From: an uncultured Bacteroidales bacterium
GTDB taxonomy: Bacteria > Bacteroidota > Bacteroidia > Bacteroidales > UBA10428
DNA: 64,000 bases
Assembly: GCA_964646255.1 (NCBI GenBank)
Contig: CAZYDI010000007.1
Coordinates: 3,330-67,329, forward strand
Reading direction: 5' to 3'
In this document: positions 28,141-37,988 of the stretch, piece by piece
Layout of the letters: every line of letters begins with the position of its first letter
Position numbering within the stretch: position 1 is the stretch's first letter
Position numbers and translations under genes: made by a program
Notes under the pieces: generated by a model
Database searches by the model: none
Told to the model about the DNA's origin: nothing
Seen by the model: only the letters and a program-made list of their open reading frames with translations

Positions 28141-29757
28141 TTAAACAGTAACCTGGCTTGGCCGGATTTCGTCAAATTTCCGGATATGTTGATCCGCTGC
28201 ACGTCCTGACGGATCGGTATTCTTTTGCCATTTTGGAATCCATTTCAATACTGTTTTGGCTGCATCGCCCTGCGGAAAATGTTTTGTAAAAATCTTGCGG
28301 TAGTAATAAGCCTCCTTTGTTAACGGGGTATTATGAGGGAAGTGAAAGGCGGCCAGGCTGAATTCATCATCGCTGATTTTCATTTCACAATAATTGATGA
28401 TGCCATTGATCCATGAATACCCAACACCATCACTGAATTGTTCCTTTTGCCGCCATAGAATGTCATTGGGAAGAAAGGGCTTCTCCCGGTCATCAAAGGC
28501 TTTTCTTAATATATACTTTTCGATTTTTCCGGCATCCCTGTCCGGCCTTTTATATCTGGGATCGATGGACATCACCACATCATGAAAATCCCTGTCGAGA
28601 AAAGGAACCCGCACTTCGAGGCCGTGCGCCATGGTTGATTTATCAGCCCTGAGGCAATCAGCAGTTGACAATAGCTTCACCCTGCGAATTGTTTCTTCCT
28701 GAAATTCCTGATCTGAGGGGGCATTATGAAAGTAAAGATAACCGCCAAAATCCTCATCCGCTCCTTCTCCTGACAGCACTACTTTAATTCCCATGCGTGT
28801 TATGTATTGTGCAAGGAAATACATAGGGGTGGACGCCCTGATTGTAGTAACGTCATAACTTTCGAGGTGCCATATGAGCTTATCGATAATGGATAAACCC
28901 TGCTCCACTGAAAAGTACACTTCGTGGTGGGTAGTTCCTATAAAATCAGCAACCATCCGGGCATATTTCAAATCGGGTGCGTCCGGACCGAGTCCTACCG
29001 TAAAAGAATGCAATTCCTGGCCTGTATGTGCAAGCAGGCGACTTGTAATGGCTGATATCAGGCTTGAATCGAGTCCGCCCGACAACAGAACACCAAGGGG
29101 TACGTCGCTCATAAGTCGTTTTCGCGTGGCATTAATGAGTGCATCCTGGATTAAGGAAAGGTCGGCTCGCTGTGTGCATTTTTCGGCCATATGCCAGGCA
29201 GGATGATAGTATTGCTGAAGGCCGTGTTCACTGGTATAATAGTGACCGGGAGGAAATGCGCTGAACTCGGTGCACTGATCAGCCAGCGACTTCATTTCCG
29301 ATGCGAAATACAGCCGGCCTTCCGCATCTTTTCCGTAATACATGGGTTTAACCCCAATGGGATCGCGACCGGCGACAAATTTTTCACCATCGAGCACTAC
29401 AAAGGCAAAATCGCCATCCAGCATATTGCAGAAATCAAACCCAAACTCTTCATATAAATGAACGATTACTTCACTGTCACATGTAGTGTGGAAGGTATGG
29501 TGTTTCAGGACGGTATTCCTTAAGTGCTGGTGATTGTATATTTCCCCGTTATGAATGACCCACGCCGTGTGAGTGCCTTTAATAGGTTGCTTTCCTGTAT
29601 TAAGGTCTATTATTGACAGGCGTTCATGACAAAGAATGCTGCCGGTAGCATCAATGTGCATGTCCCTTTCATCAGGCCCTCTGTGTTTCATTCTGCCTGC
29701 AAGTTCCCTGCATGTTTGAGGATCCTGCTTTCCAATCACTGCTAATATTCCGCACAT
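28141..29757 (-). CDS. asnB: Asparagine synthase (glutamine-hydrolysing)
   Basis: Ntn amidotransferase start MCGILAVIG. PP-loop LLSGGLDSSLI. 538 aa. Confidence 0.92.
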   Translation of the reverse strand: MCGILAVIGKQDPQTCRELAGRMKHRGPDERDMHIDATGSILCHERLSIIDLNTGKQPIKGTHTAWVIHNGEIYNHQHLRNTVLKHHTFHTTCDSEVIVHLYEEFGFDFCNMLDGDFAFVVLDGEKFVAGRDPIGVKPMYYGKDAEGRLYFASEMKSLADQCTEFSAFPPGHYYTSEHGLQQYYHPAWHMAEKCTQRADLSLIQDALINATRKRLMSDVPLGVLLSGGLDSSLISAITSRLLAHTGQELHSFTVGLGPDAPDLKYARMVADFIGTTHHEVYFSVEQGLSIIDKLIWHLESYDVTTIRASTPMYFLAQYITRMGIKVVLSGEGADEDFGGYLYFHNAPSDQEFQEETIRRVKLLSTADCLRADKSTMAHGLEVRVPFLDRDFHDVVMSIDPRYKRPDRDAGKIEKYILRKAFDDREKPFLPNDILWRQKEQFSDGVGYSWINGIINYCEMKISDDEFSLAAFHFPHNTPLTKEAYYYRKIFTKHFPQGDAAKTVLKWIPKWQKNTDPSGRAADQHIRKFDEIRPSQVTV

Positions 29758-29955
29758 AATTAAAAGAATTAGTTTTATTCGTTGTTTTAAGTTTCAAATA
29801 GTAAGTTTATAATCAAAATATCTATTGAAATGTCATATATTAGATTGATATGATTTATATGTACAAAATTATATGAGAATGATATATAAAAAGCATTTAA
29901 AGTTACTATACGAAACATAAAAATGATAAATAATAACAAAATGAAATTAATTAAG

Positions 29956-29963
29956 TATATTTG
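29956..29963 (+). promoter_or_regulatory. Bacteroidota-type -7 box TATATTTG upstream of the Lrp/AsnC gene
   Basis: Exact TAnnTTTG match, ending 30 nt upstream of the ATG at 29994, within a very AT-rich 236-bp divergent region. Confidence 0.4.
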
Positions 29964-29993
29964 GTTAATGAAATTTTGAAAAATCAACAGAAA

Positions 29994-30467
29994 ATGAAAA
30001 ATAACTTTCAGATTGATAGTTTGGACCGGAAAATTCTTTCGGTACTTACCAAAAATGCCCGCGCACCTTTTCTTGAAGTAGCCCGGGCATGCAATGTTTC
30101 AGGCGCCGCCGTGCATCAACGGGTTAAAAGGCTTCTGCGGCTTGGCATAATCAGTGGTTCACAGTTTAATGTAGACCCCAAAAAGCTGGGGTTCAAAACT
30201 TGCGCTTTTGTCGGAATTTTCCTCGATAATGCGGCATTGTTCAATAATGTATCCGAAAAGCTGATCAGAATTCCCGAAATCACCCAGTGTCACTACATTA
30301 CCGGACAATGGGCAATGTTTGTTGAGGTTTACACACGCGATAATGAGCATCTGAGGGTGGTGCTGGCTGATAAAATTCAATCCATAAAAGGAGTTTCGCG
30401 CACTGAAACCTTTATTTCACTGGATGTGTTAATTGACAGGCAAATGCCTTTTATTGAAGAGGAATAG
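29994..30467 (+). CDS. Lrp/AsnC family transcriptional regulator
   Basis: ATG at 29994 (the listed 29961 is TTG). HTH LDRKILSVLTKNARAPFLEVARACNVSGAAVHQRVKRL, then an AsnC-type RAM domain. Divergent from asnB. Confidence 0.85.
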   Translation: MKNNFQIDSLDRKILSVLTKNARAPFLEVARACNVSGAAVHQRVKRLLRLGIISGSQFNVDPKKLGFKTCAFVGIFLDNAALFNNVSEKLIRIPEITQCHYITGQWAMFVEVYTRDNEHLRVVLADKIQSIKGVSRTETFISLDVLIDRQMPFIEEE

Positions 30468-30512
30468 ATTTTTTTCCATTTATGTTTAATTTTGAACATT
30501 GACTTTTATATA

Positions 30513-31451
30513 ATGAGAGTAGCGGTTATTGGAGCAGGAGGTGTAGGTGGATATTTTGGGGGCAAAATGGCCTACGCCGGTAATGATGTTGTGTTTATCG
30601 CACGCGGTGAACACCTTAGGGCTTTGCAGCAAAGCGGTATTACCATCAGAAGCATTGCCGGTGATTTCACCGTGAACCCTGTTGTGGCTACCGACAGTTT
30701 AGTTGCCGTAAAGGATGCCCGCCTCATCATTCTTGGCGTGAAAGCCTGGCAGGTCAAAGATATTGCGGCTAAAATACAGCCTTTCATTAGCCCTGATACC
30801 ATGGTGCTTCCGCTTCAGAACGGTGTACTGGCCTCCGGAGAACTCTCCGCTATTCTGGGCACCCGGCATGTATTATCGGGACTGTGCCGGATATTCAGCA
30901 AAATTGAATCGCCGGGAGTTATCAGTCATATGGGTATTGAACCGGAAATTGTATTTGGCGAGCAGAACGATGAAATAACACCCAGGGTGCAAGAGGTTTG
31001 CCAAATGATGACAAAATCAGGCATTACTGCCAGGATTGCAGACAATATCCAGGCTGAACTCTGGAAAAAGTTCATTAACATTTGCTCAAGCGCCTTGTTG
31101 GCCGTTGCAAGGTGTACTTATGGAGCTCTCAGGGAAACACCGGAGAGCCGTCAGCTTTTGCTTGAACTCTTCGAGGAAATATACGCTGTTTCCGTTAGGG
31201 CGGGCATAGACATTAAGCACGAGTTCATTGATAAAACAATGGCCTTTGTGGATACTTATCCTTATGACGCTACTTCGTCACTTACACGCGACATTTGGCA
31301 AGGCCGGCCATCAGAGATTGAATATCAGAATGGAACAGTGGTGCGCCTGGGTGAAAAATACGGTGTGCCCACACCCATTAACCGGTTTCTTTACCATTGT
31401 ATTCTTCCTATGGAAAACAAGGCAAGAATGAATAAACAAAACACAATATGA
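30513..31451 (+). CDS. 2-dehydropantoate 2-reductase family (PanE/ApbA-like) oxidoreductase
   Basis: The ATG at 30513 gives MRVAVIGAGGVGGYFGGKMA (Rossmann GxGxxG). ApbA_C-like SLTRDIWQGRPSEIEYQNG. Confidence 0.8.
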   Translation: MRVAVIGAGGVGGYFGGKMAYAGNDVVFIARGEHLRALQQSGITIRSIAGDFTVNPVVATDSLVAVKDARLIILGVKAWQVKDIAAKIQPFISPDTMVLPLQNGVLASGELSAILGTRHVLSGLCRIFSKIESPGVISHMGIEPEIVFGEQNDEITPRVQEVCQMMTKSGITARIADNIQAELWKKFINICSSALLAVARCTYGALRETPESRQLLLELFEEIYAVSVRAGIDIKHEFIDKTMAFVDTYPYDATSSLTRDIWQGRPSEIEYQNGTVVRLGEKYGVPTPINRFLYHCILPMENKARMNKQNTI

Positions 31452-31882
31452 ATGCAGAAAAAGCAATACAGAATTTCAGATCGGGATTGAACTGTGCCCA
31501 ATCTGTTTTAGCTACCTATTCTTCGCGATTTGGAATGGATGAAAATGCCGCGCTGACCGTTTCTTGCGGTTTCGGAGCAGGCATGGGCAGGTTGCAGGAG
31601 ACCTGCGGAGCTGTTACCGGAGCGTTTATGGTGATCGGTGTTCATGTGGGTAAGCAATATCCCGAGAACAGCATGCGAAAAAGCGTTTCGTATAAATTAA
31701 TACAGGATTTTGAGGCTGAGTTCACGAAGATGAATAAGTCAATTAAATGTATGGACCTTATCAACGTTGATTTGCGTACCGATGAAGGGCAGAAACAATT
31801 CAGCGAACGGATGCTGGGCACAAAAGTATGTGAAAAGTGCATTGCCAATGCCACTGAAATTATTGACCGGTTGATTAAATGA
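31448..31882 (+). CDS. C_GCAxxG_C_C family putative redox-active protein
   Basis: Family-typical Cys pattern (GLNCAQSVL, CGFGAGMG, ETCGAVTGAF, VCEKC). 144 aa. ATGA overlap with the preceding gene. Confidence 0.75.
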   Translation: MNAEKAIQNFRSGLNCAQSVLATYSSRFGMDENAALTVSCGFGAGMGRLQETCGAVTGAFMVIGVHVGKQYPENSMRKSVSYKLIQDFEAEFTKMNKSIKCMDLINVDLRTDEGQKQFSERMLGTKVCEKCIANATEIIDRLIK

Positions 31883-31921
31883 GCTTACCTTTGCAGGATT
31901 ATCAACATTAAGATATTTGCC

Positions 31922-32482
31922 ATGCCTCATGTCGCCATAATTGCCGCAAGTGTCCGAACCGGCAGGAAAAGTAACCGGGTTGCTCTTTATTTAAAGAATT
32001 ACATCGAACAGGCAAAACTGGCCAGCGTTGATGTGCTGGATTTACAGGAGTTTAATTTCCCTGTATTTAATGAGCGTTTAACTTATCTTCAAGATCCGTC
32101 ACCTGCTGTTGTGGAATTTTCTGAGCGCTTCAAGGCTGCGCAGGGCATTATAGTTGTGACTCCGGAATACAATGGAGGATATCCGGCAAGCCTCAAAAAT
32201 GTAATTGACTTGCTTACCGGTGAATGGAAAAGAAAACCGGTGGCCATTTCCACAGTATCGGACGGCGATTTTGGCGGAACACAGGTAATTACTTCCCTGC
32301 AGTTTAGCCTGTGGAAAATAAAGGCATGGACTGTGCCGGCAATGTTTCCGGTACCCAGGGTTCACCAGTCGTTTAATGAACAGGGGATTCCTGCTGATAA
32401 AGAAGCTACAGACAAGCGGGCAGCATCCTTTTTAAATGAACTGTTATGGTGCATCGAGGCTAAAGACCGGATGCAGAAATAA
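31922..32482 (+). CDS. NADPH-dependent FMN reductase family protein
   Basis: HVAIIAASVRTGRKSNRVA and IIVVTPEYNGGYPASLKN are typical of the FMN_red family. 186 aa. Confidence 0.75.
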   Translation: MPHVAIIAASVRTGRKSNRVALYLKNYIEQAKLASVDVLDLQEFNFPVFNERLTYLQDPSPAVVEFSERFKAAQGIIVVTPEYNGGYPASLKNVIDLLTGEWKRKPVAISTVSDGDFGGTQVITSLQFSLWKIKAWTVPAMFPVPRVHQSFNEQGIPADKEATDKRAASFLNELLWCIEAKDRMQK

Positions 32483-32558
32483 GCCTGTATTTTTAAACTT
32501 CTTTCAGTTTTTTTCAGTAATATCGTTTTTTAATCGCACGGTAAACACTGATTTTCCA

Positions 32559-33725
32559 ATGCAAGGCGATATTCAGCTTGAACTCAGGAAATTTCTTGCG
32601 CCCGAATATGTTTTCGGGATTAATGCCCGCATGAAGGTTGGCAACTATTGCAGCAGGCTTGGCGGAAGGAAAGTTCTTGTGGTTACAGATGCAACACTTA
32701 AAGCGCTGACATGGCTGAATGATGTACTGCAATCCCTGGCAAATGCGGGCATGGATGCCGAGGTATATGCCGGGGTTTCTCCCAATCCCCGTGATTTTGA
32801 AGTTATGCAAGGTGCTGAGTTATACAGGCAGCATAAATGCAACATGATTGTTGCACTGGGGGGCGGAAGTGTTATTGACTGTGCCAAAGGAATTGGTATT
32901 GTAAGTACAAACCATAAGAATATCGGCGAATTTGAAGGAGTCGATTGCATCGATAAGCCTATGCCTCCTTTGATTTGTATTCCATCCACATGCGGTTCAG
33001 CAGCAGATGTTTCTCAATTCGCCATCATTACCAACTCAAAGGAAAAATATAAAATGGCCATCATCAGCAAGGCCGTTGTTCCCGATGTTTCCCTTATCGA
33101 CCCGGTTATCCTTACCAGCATGGATTCATTCCTTACTGCCTGTACGGGAATGGATGCACTTTCCCATGCTTTTGAATCTTTTGTTTCAAACGCAAGTTCT
33201 GCATTTACCGATTTGTATGCACTGGAAGCCATCCGGCTAATTCATGACAACCTGCTAAACGCTGTTGAACATCCCGATGATCTTCAGTGTAAAGGAAAAG
33301 CAATGCTTGGCAGTTTGTATGCCGGCCTGGCATTTTCGAATGCGAGTCTGGGTTGTGTACATTCCATGGCCCATAGTTTAGGTGGTTACCTTGATGTACC
33401 CCACGGAGAGTGCAATTCCATTCTGTTACCCCATGTTGTTGAATTCAATTTCAGCATGGCATCGTACCGGTATAAAAAAATTGCCGAAGTGCTCAATGTG
33501 GAAATTAGCGGAGTTGGCGAAACCAAGGTTAAGAACGCACTGAATTCCTATCTTATTGATTTTACAGCAAAGCTTGGATTAAACAAAACGTTAAGCCATT
33601 TAGGCGTTCATTATGATATGATACCCATGCTTGCATCGAAATCCATCAAGGATCCGTGCAATGCTACCAATCCACGCCCTCCCCAAATAAGAGACCTGGA
33701 AACAATATTCGAAGAGGCAATGTAG
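32559..33725 (+). CDS. Iron-containing (group III) alcohol dehydrogenase
   Basis: The ATG at 32559 (MQGDIQLELRKF...) avoids overlap with the upstream gene. IVALGGGSVIDCAKGIG. Metal-binding His regions DALSHAFESF and HSMAHSLGG. Confidence 0.85.
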   Translation: MQGDIQLELRKFLAPEYVFGINARMKVGNYCSRLGGRKVLVVTDATLKALTWLNDVLQSLANAGMDAEVYAGVSPNPRDFEVMQGAELYRQHKCNMIVALGGGSVIDCAKGIGIVSTNHKNIGEFEGVDCIDKPMPPLICIPSTCGSAADVSQFAIITNSKEKYKMAIISKAVVPDVSLIDPVILTSMDSFLTACTGMDALSHAFESFVSNASSAFTDLYALEAIRLIHDNLLNAVEHPDDLQCKGKAMLGSLYAGLAFSNASLGCVHSMAHSLGGYLDVPHGECNSILLPHVVEFNFSMASYRYKKIAEVLNVEISGVGETKVKNALNSYLIDFTAKLGLNKTLSHLGVHYDMIPMLASKSIKDPCNATNPRPPQIRDLETIFEEAM

Positions 33726-33727
33726 CT

Positions 33728-35347
33728 ATGAACAAGGAGTGGGAAAAATTCAGGCAGAAAATTATTGGCCTGGGTGAGCAATCATCGCGCAAAAGTTTTT
33801 ATCCTGAACTGCAGGAAAAAATTGACGACCTTGAGTCTGCGCAGAGAAATCTCGAATCTATTCTCAACAATATCAGCGATGCAATTCTCATCAGCGATGT
33901 TGAAGGCAATATATTGTCCTGCAACAGCCAGGCGAAGAAAATTTTTAACTGCTCGGGCGAAGAAAAAGACCATGTAAAAATGTTTACCCTGTTGTGCGAT
34001 GATCCTAAAACATGCGACTTTACATCGGTGTGGGAGGAGGTTCAGCAGGGAAAGTCAGTGGTATTCGAGGGAAAATTCCGTCCGTTGCATTCAAATGAAA
34101 AGATTGTGCTGCAGGTTTCTGTTAATAAAACCATATGGAATGGAAACCAGGCTATGGTTAGCGTTATGCGCGATTTCACTGAGCAAAAGAAACACGAAGC
34201 CGACCTTATTTCTGCAAGAAAGAAGGCGGAAGAAAGCGACAGGTTGAAATCTGCCTTTCTGGCTAATCTGTCCCATGAGATCAGAACGCCCATGAATGCC
34301 ATAATGGGCTTCACCGACTTTTTACGCAGACCCAACCTGGCGCTTGATAAAAGAGAAACCTATATTTCTATTGTAAGGGAAAGCGGTAACCACCTGCTGT
34401 CGATTTTGGATGATATCATCGAAATTTCAAAAATTGAAACCGGCCAGATAACACCGAATTATACTTCAGTAAACCTGAAACGATGCGTGCAGGATTTGTA
34501 CAAGGCCCTGAAAGTAACTATTCCTAAAAACAAGGACATCGAATTTATCCTGGAGGACTCCGATGTGCCCGATGAGGTACTGTTAAGTACCGATAAGGTT
34601 AAGTTAAGCCAGGTTCTTATCAACCTTGTTAACAATGCGTTTAAGTACACGGAATCAGGCCAGGTTTGGCTGCGCTTCGGCATAAACTACAACACGGGCA
34701 ATGTCGAATTTGCTGTTGAGGATACAGGAGAAGGAATCGATCCTAAATACCATCACTTGATCTTTGACCGGTTTTTCCGCCTCGAAAGTGATTTATCTGT
34801 CCAGACCGGAGGCTCTGGCCTCGGGTTGGCTATTTCTAAAGCTTATATCGATATGCTGGGGGGATTTATCAGCCTTAAGTCAGAACCCGGCAAAGGTTCG
34901 GTGTTTTCATTCAGCATTCCTTTGATACAGGCAGCAGATAACAAAGCTGTATTACCTGAAACCCCTGCCATCAACCTGAAAGGAAAAAACGAGCTTATTC
35001 TGGTTGCCGAAGATGACGATACAAATTACCTGTTTTTCTCCAAATTGTTTACCGGCAGGAATTACAGGGTTACCAGGGCAAAAAATGGCAAGGAAGCGGT
35101 AATCCAGGTAAGCGAAAATCCTGCCATTAGTCTTGTACTTATGGATATCAAAATGCCCGTAATGAACGGGATTGAGGCATTAAAGCAAATAAGGGAAATC
35201 CGTCCTGAAGTTCCTGTTATTGCACAAACTGCCCATGCTTTGCTCATCGAAGAAGAACAGATACAGTCCGAAGGTTTCGACGGTTATTTGACAAAGCCCA
35301 TCGACCAGGCAAAATTATTCTCCATCATCAACCGCCTGCTGGATTAA
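33728..35347 (+). CDS. Soluble PAS-sensor hybrid histidine kinase (PAS-HisKA-HATPase_c-REC)
   Basis: ATG at 33728, 2 nt after the ADH stop. No TM segment. PAS region ILNNISDAILISDVEGNIL. H-box SHEIRTPMNAIMGF. N-box LINLVNNAFKYT. G-boxes EDTGEGID and GGSGLGLAISKAY. Receiver LVAEDDDTNYLFF...LMDIKMPVMNGIEA...TKP. Confidence 0.9.
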   Translation: MNKEWEKFRQKIIGLGEQSSRKSFYPELQEKIDDLESAQRNLESILNNISDAILISDVEGNILSCNSQAKKIFNCSGEEKDHVKMFTLLCDDPKTCDFTSVWEEVQQGKSVVFEGKFRPLHSNEKIVLQVSVNKTIWNGNQAMVSVMRDFTEQKKHEADLISARKKAEESDRLKSAFLANLSHEIRTPMNAIMGFTDFLRRPNLALDKRETYISIVRESGNHLLSILDDIIEISKIETGQITPNYTSVNLKRCVQDLYKALKVTIPKNKDIEFILEDSDVPDEVLLSTDKVKLSQVLINLVNNAFKYTESGQVWLRFGINYNTGNVEFAVEDTGEGIDPKYHHLIFDRFFRLESDLSVQTGGSGLGLAISKAYIDMLGGFISLKSEPGKGSVFSFSIPLIQAADNKAVLPETPAINLKGKNELILVAEDDDTNYLFFSKLFTGRNYRVTRAKNGKEAVIQVSENPAISLVLMDIKMPVMNGIEALKQIREIRPEVPVIAQTAHALLIEEEQIQSEGFDGYLTKPIDQAKLFSIINRLLD

Positions 35348-35524
35348 ATGTACGATTTCGTACACTCATCATTCACAGACGTTCAATTTTCGTAAACCAT
35401 CATTTCTTATTTATTCTTTATAATTCACTGTAATATAAATGTTTATAGAGTTTGGCCTGATTAATGCATTGCTCGACGCAACAGGACCTGTTTTAACAAT
35501 TTTTACCATTTAAACATTTATTTT

Positions 35525-37948
35525 ATGGAAAAGCTAATACCAAAACATAAATCCGGAATAGTTCTTCTTTTCATAATGATATTTTTCCGGCTACCTTCAT
35601 ACGGCCAGGCTGATTTCGGCAATATTACAGGAACCATTGTCAGCGACAGTTCAGCAACTCCGGTTTCATTTGCCAGCGTGGCCTTGTTATCCACAGACTC
35701 CGCTGTTATTTCCGGCGTCATTTCAAACGAACAGGGGAAATTCCTTTTTAATGATGTTCCTTACGGCAAATACCATATTAAGGCAACATTTGTCGGGTAT
35801 AAATCAATCCTTGTACCGGATATCGAGTTGTCAAGGCAAAACAAGACCGTTGATCTTAAGGAACTCAGAATGCAGGAAGATGTGAAAACGATTGATGCTG
35901 CAATAATTGTAGGCCAGCGCTTAAAAGGTGAGGAAAAGGTCGATCGTACTGTCTTTACCCTTAATGATGACGTGCGCAAAGCATCAAACAGCGCATTGGA
36001 TGCATTGAAGCATATCCCTTCCGTATCGGTTGATTTTCAGAAAAATGTTACACTCGAGGGTCAGTCGAATATACAGTTTTATGTTGATGGGGTATTGCGT
36101 AATAAAGAGTATGTGGCACAGATAAAACCTGATGCCATCGATAAAATTGAATTGATAACAAACCCCGGTGTCCGCTATGATGCCGATGTTTCGGGAGTGA
36201 TCAATATTGTACTCAAAAAAGAGGCACGTTACGGAGTAAGCGGATCTATTAAAATACCGATACCTCATCCTCAGAAAATTGTAGCCGACGGTAAAGGCAA
36301 TATTGAGTATGGAAATCAGAAATTCAGGGTTTACCTGGGTGATGAGCTGCATTTTGAGCGGTTCAGCGGATCCGAACTAATTACAACCTCCATTGACAAT
36401 GTGAATGGCAACCCTTATTATTTTGAAAAGGATGGCAAGGGCAAAAACAGCTGGCAATACAATTACATGAATTACGGTATCGATTGGTTTTTAAATGAAA
36501 AGTCATCACTCAACTTCATTGGAGAGTGGAGAAACTGGAAAGGCGTTTCAAATAATTATAAAATCGACAGCAAAGTTTTCACTAACGATGAATTGACGGA
36601 GTTTTTGAAGACAAAAAAGAACTCGCTGGACAGAAGCGACAACTATTATTTCTCTTTATTCTATCAGCGTAAGTTTCGCAAAGAAGGCGATGACATGAGG
36701 GCCGAGGTATATTATAATCATCAGAACGGCCGTGTTAGAGGTGAATACGCAGAAACCTATATTAGCCCTTCAGATATGGTCACTCCTCTTGGACATCTTG
36801 ACCGGCTTGATGTCACCCAAAACATGAGAAGAAACGGTGAACTTAAACTCGATTTTGTCTATACCATTAAAGGCATCAAAAATGAGGCCGGAATTAGAAC
36901 CCTGGCATCCCTTATGGAGAATGACTTTACTAAACGCTATACGGTTGAGGAGGTAGAAAATACAAATGTAGAAGAGTTTGAATACTTTGAATCAAGGCAA
37001 ACTGCTTACTATAACCTCTCAGGTAAAATAAAGAAGCTAAACTGGCAGGCCGGTTTAAGAGCTGAATACTCCTGGCTTGATATCAATTCAGTTTCAAATT
37101 CCGATTATGCTGTCCTGCTTCCCCAGGTATCGCTTAATCATCCTTTTTCCAAAGAACAAAGTGTGAAATTTTCGTATCGGAAGCAGATTTTCAGGCCTTC
37201 GGTAAACAGCCTTAATCCGTTTGAAACATGGACTGATTCACTGCATGTGAGAATTGGTAATCCAAACCTTGATGCAGCCATTGAAAACCGTTTTGAATTG
37301 ACCTATTCCAGGAATTTCAAGGCTAATTTTATTTCACCAAAACTTTACTTCAGGTATACTGACAATGGAATCCAGGATAATACCATTGTTACTGATAAAG
37401 GCGTTACCATGATCACCCAGGATAATGTTGGAAAAAACATGGAATACGGAGTTGGTATAAATGGTGCTTTTCAAATCTTAAAACGCTGGAGGTTTAACGC
37501 GAATTTCTCCGTATTTAACCAGTATTTTAAAACCGATAAAGCTGTTGCCGGCCATTCAAGCGAAGAAATGCTCAGCTATCGTTTCAACGCAAGCAATATA
37601 GTTACCCTTCCTAAAGATTATACCTTATTCATGTTTGCCAATTATGGAAGTCCCCGCATCAGCTATCAGCGTGAATTCAAGAGAGATTTACTGATGCTCG
37701 TAGGTGCTGAAAAGAAATTCTCTGAAAAGCTCAGTGTGGATGTGATGTACAACCCATTCATCAGAAATTTTATGTATTCAAAAATTGAAACAACCACTCC
37801 GGGGTATTACGAAACCTGGGAAGGCCATGTTGATGTCTCTCAGTTGTTCTGCTTTTCGGTTACCTATAATTTCAACAAGGGTAATAAAATAAGCAAAATA
37901 AACAGGGCAGTAGAATACGAACGTAACGAGGGCAGTGGCGGTTTGTAA
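35525..37948 (+). CDS. Outer-membrane beta-barrel / TonB-dependent-receptor-like protein with a CarboxypepD_reg-like N-terminal domain
   Basis: Signal peptide. ITGTIVSDSSATPVSFASVALLS...GKFLFNDVPYGKYHIKATFVGY (carboxypeptidase-regulatory-like). Plug-like LKHIPSVSVDFQKNVTLEGQSNIQFYVDGV. Long beta-strand-rich remainder. No SusD-like partner. Confidence 0.75.
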   Translation: MEKLIPKHKSGIVLLFIMIFFRLPSYGQADFGNITGTIVSDSSATPVSFASVALLSTDSAVISGVISNEQGKFLFNDVPYGKYHIKATFVGYKSILVPDIELSRQNKTVDLKELRMQEDVKTIDAAIIVGQRLKGEEKVDRTVFTLNDDVRKASNSALDALKHIPSVSVDFQKNVTLEGQSNIQFYVDGVLRNKEYVAQIKPDAIDKIELITNPGVRYDADVSGVINIVLKKEARYGVSGSIKIPIPHPQKIVADGKGNIEYGNQKFRVYLGDELHFERFSGSELITTSIDNVNGNPYYFEKDGKGKNSWQYNYMNYGIDWFLNEKSSLNFIGEWRNWKGVSNNYKIDSKVFTNDELTEFLKTKKNSLDRSDNYYFSLFYQRKFRKEGDDMRAEVYYNHQNGRVRGEYAETYISPSDMVTPLGHLDRLDVTQNMRRNGELKLDFVYTIKGIKNEAGIRTLASLMENDFTKRYTVEEVENTNVEEFEYFESRQTAYYNLSGKIKKLNWQAGLRAEYSWLDINSVSNSDYAVLLPQVSLNHPFSKEQSVKFSYRKQIFRPSVNSLNPFETWTDSLHVRIGNPNLDAAIENRFELTYSRNFKANFISPKLYFRYTDNGIQDNTIVTDKGVTMITQDNVGKNMEYGVGINGAFQILKRWRFNANFSVFNQYFKTDKAVAGHSSEEMLSYRFNASNIVTLPKDYTLFMFANYGSPRISYQREFKRDLLMLVGAEKKFSEKLSVDVMYNPFIRNFMYSKIETTTPGYYETWEGHVDVSQLFCFSVTYNFNKGNKISKINRAVEYERNEGSGGL

Positions 37949-37988
37949 GACATTGGTTAGTTGGTTTTGGTATTTAGTGCATGTTTTG

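Noticed and set aside
29787-29987. 66-aa minus-strand ORF in the asnB upstream region, considered as a possible Asn-rich leader peptide or attenuator.
   Set aside because: It is a product of extreme AT-richness (Ile/Phe/Asn/Leu codons throughout). It has no run of Asn codons and no downstream terminator/antiterminator pair that I could see.
32436-32558. N-terminal extensions offered by the ORF track for the Fe-ADH (32436), the hybrid kinase (33656), GH67 (56324), GH31 (59060), GH43-CBM32 (54228) and the ferredoxin (11336).
   Set aside because: The extensions overlap the preceding gene or encode non-signal junk (for example MNCYGASRLKTGCRNKPVF). Internal ATGs give clean signal peptides or canonical N-termini and short intergenic spacers.
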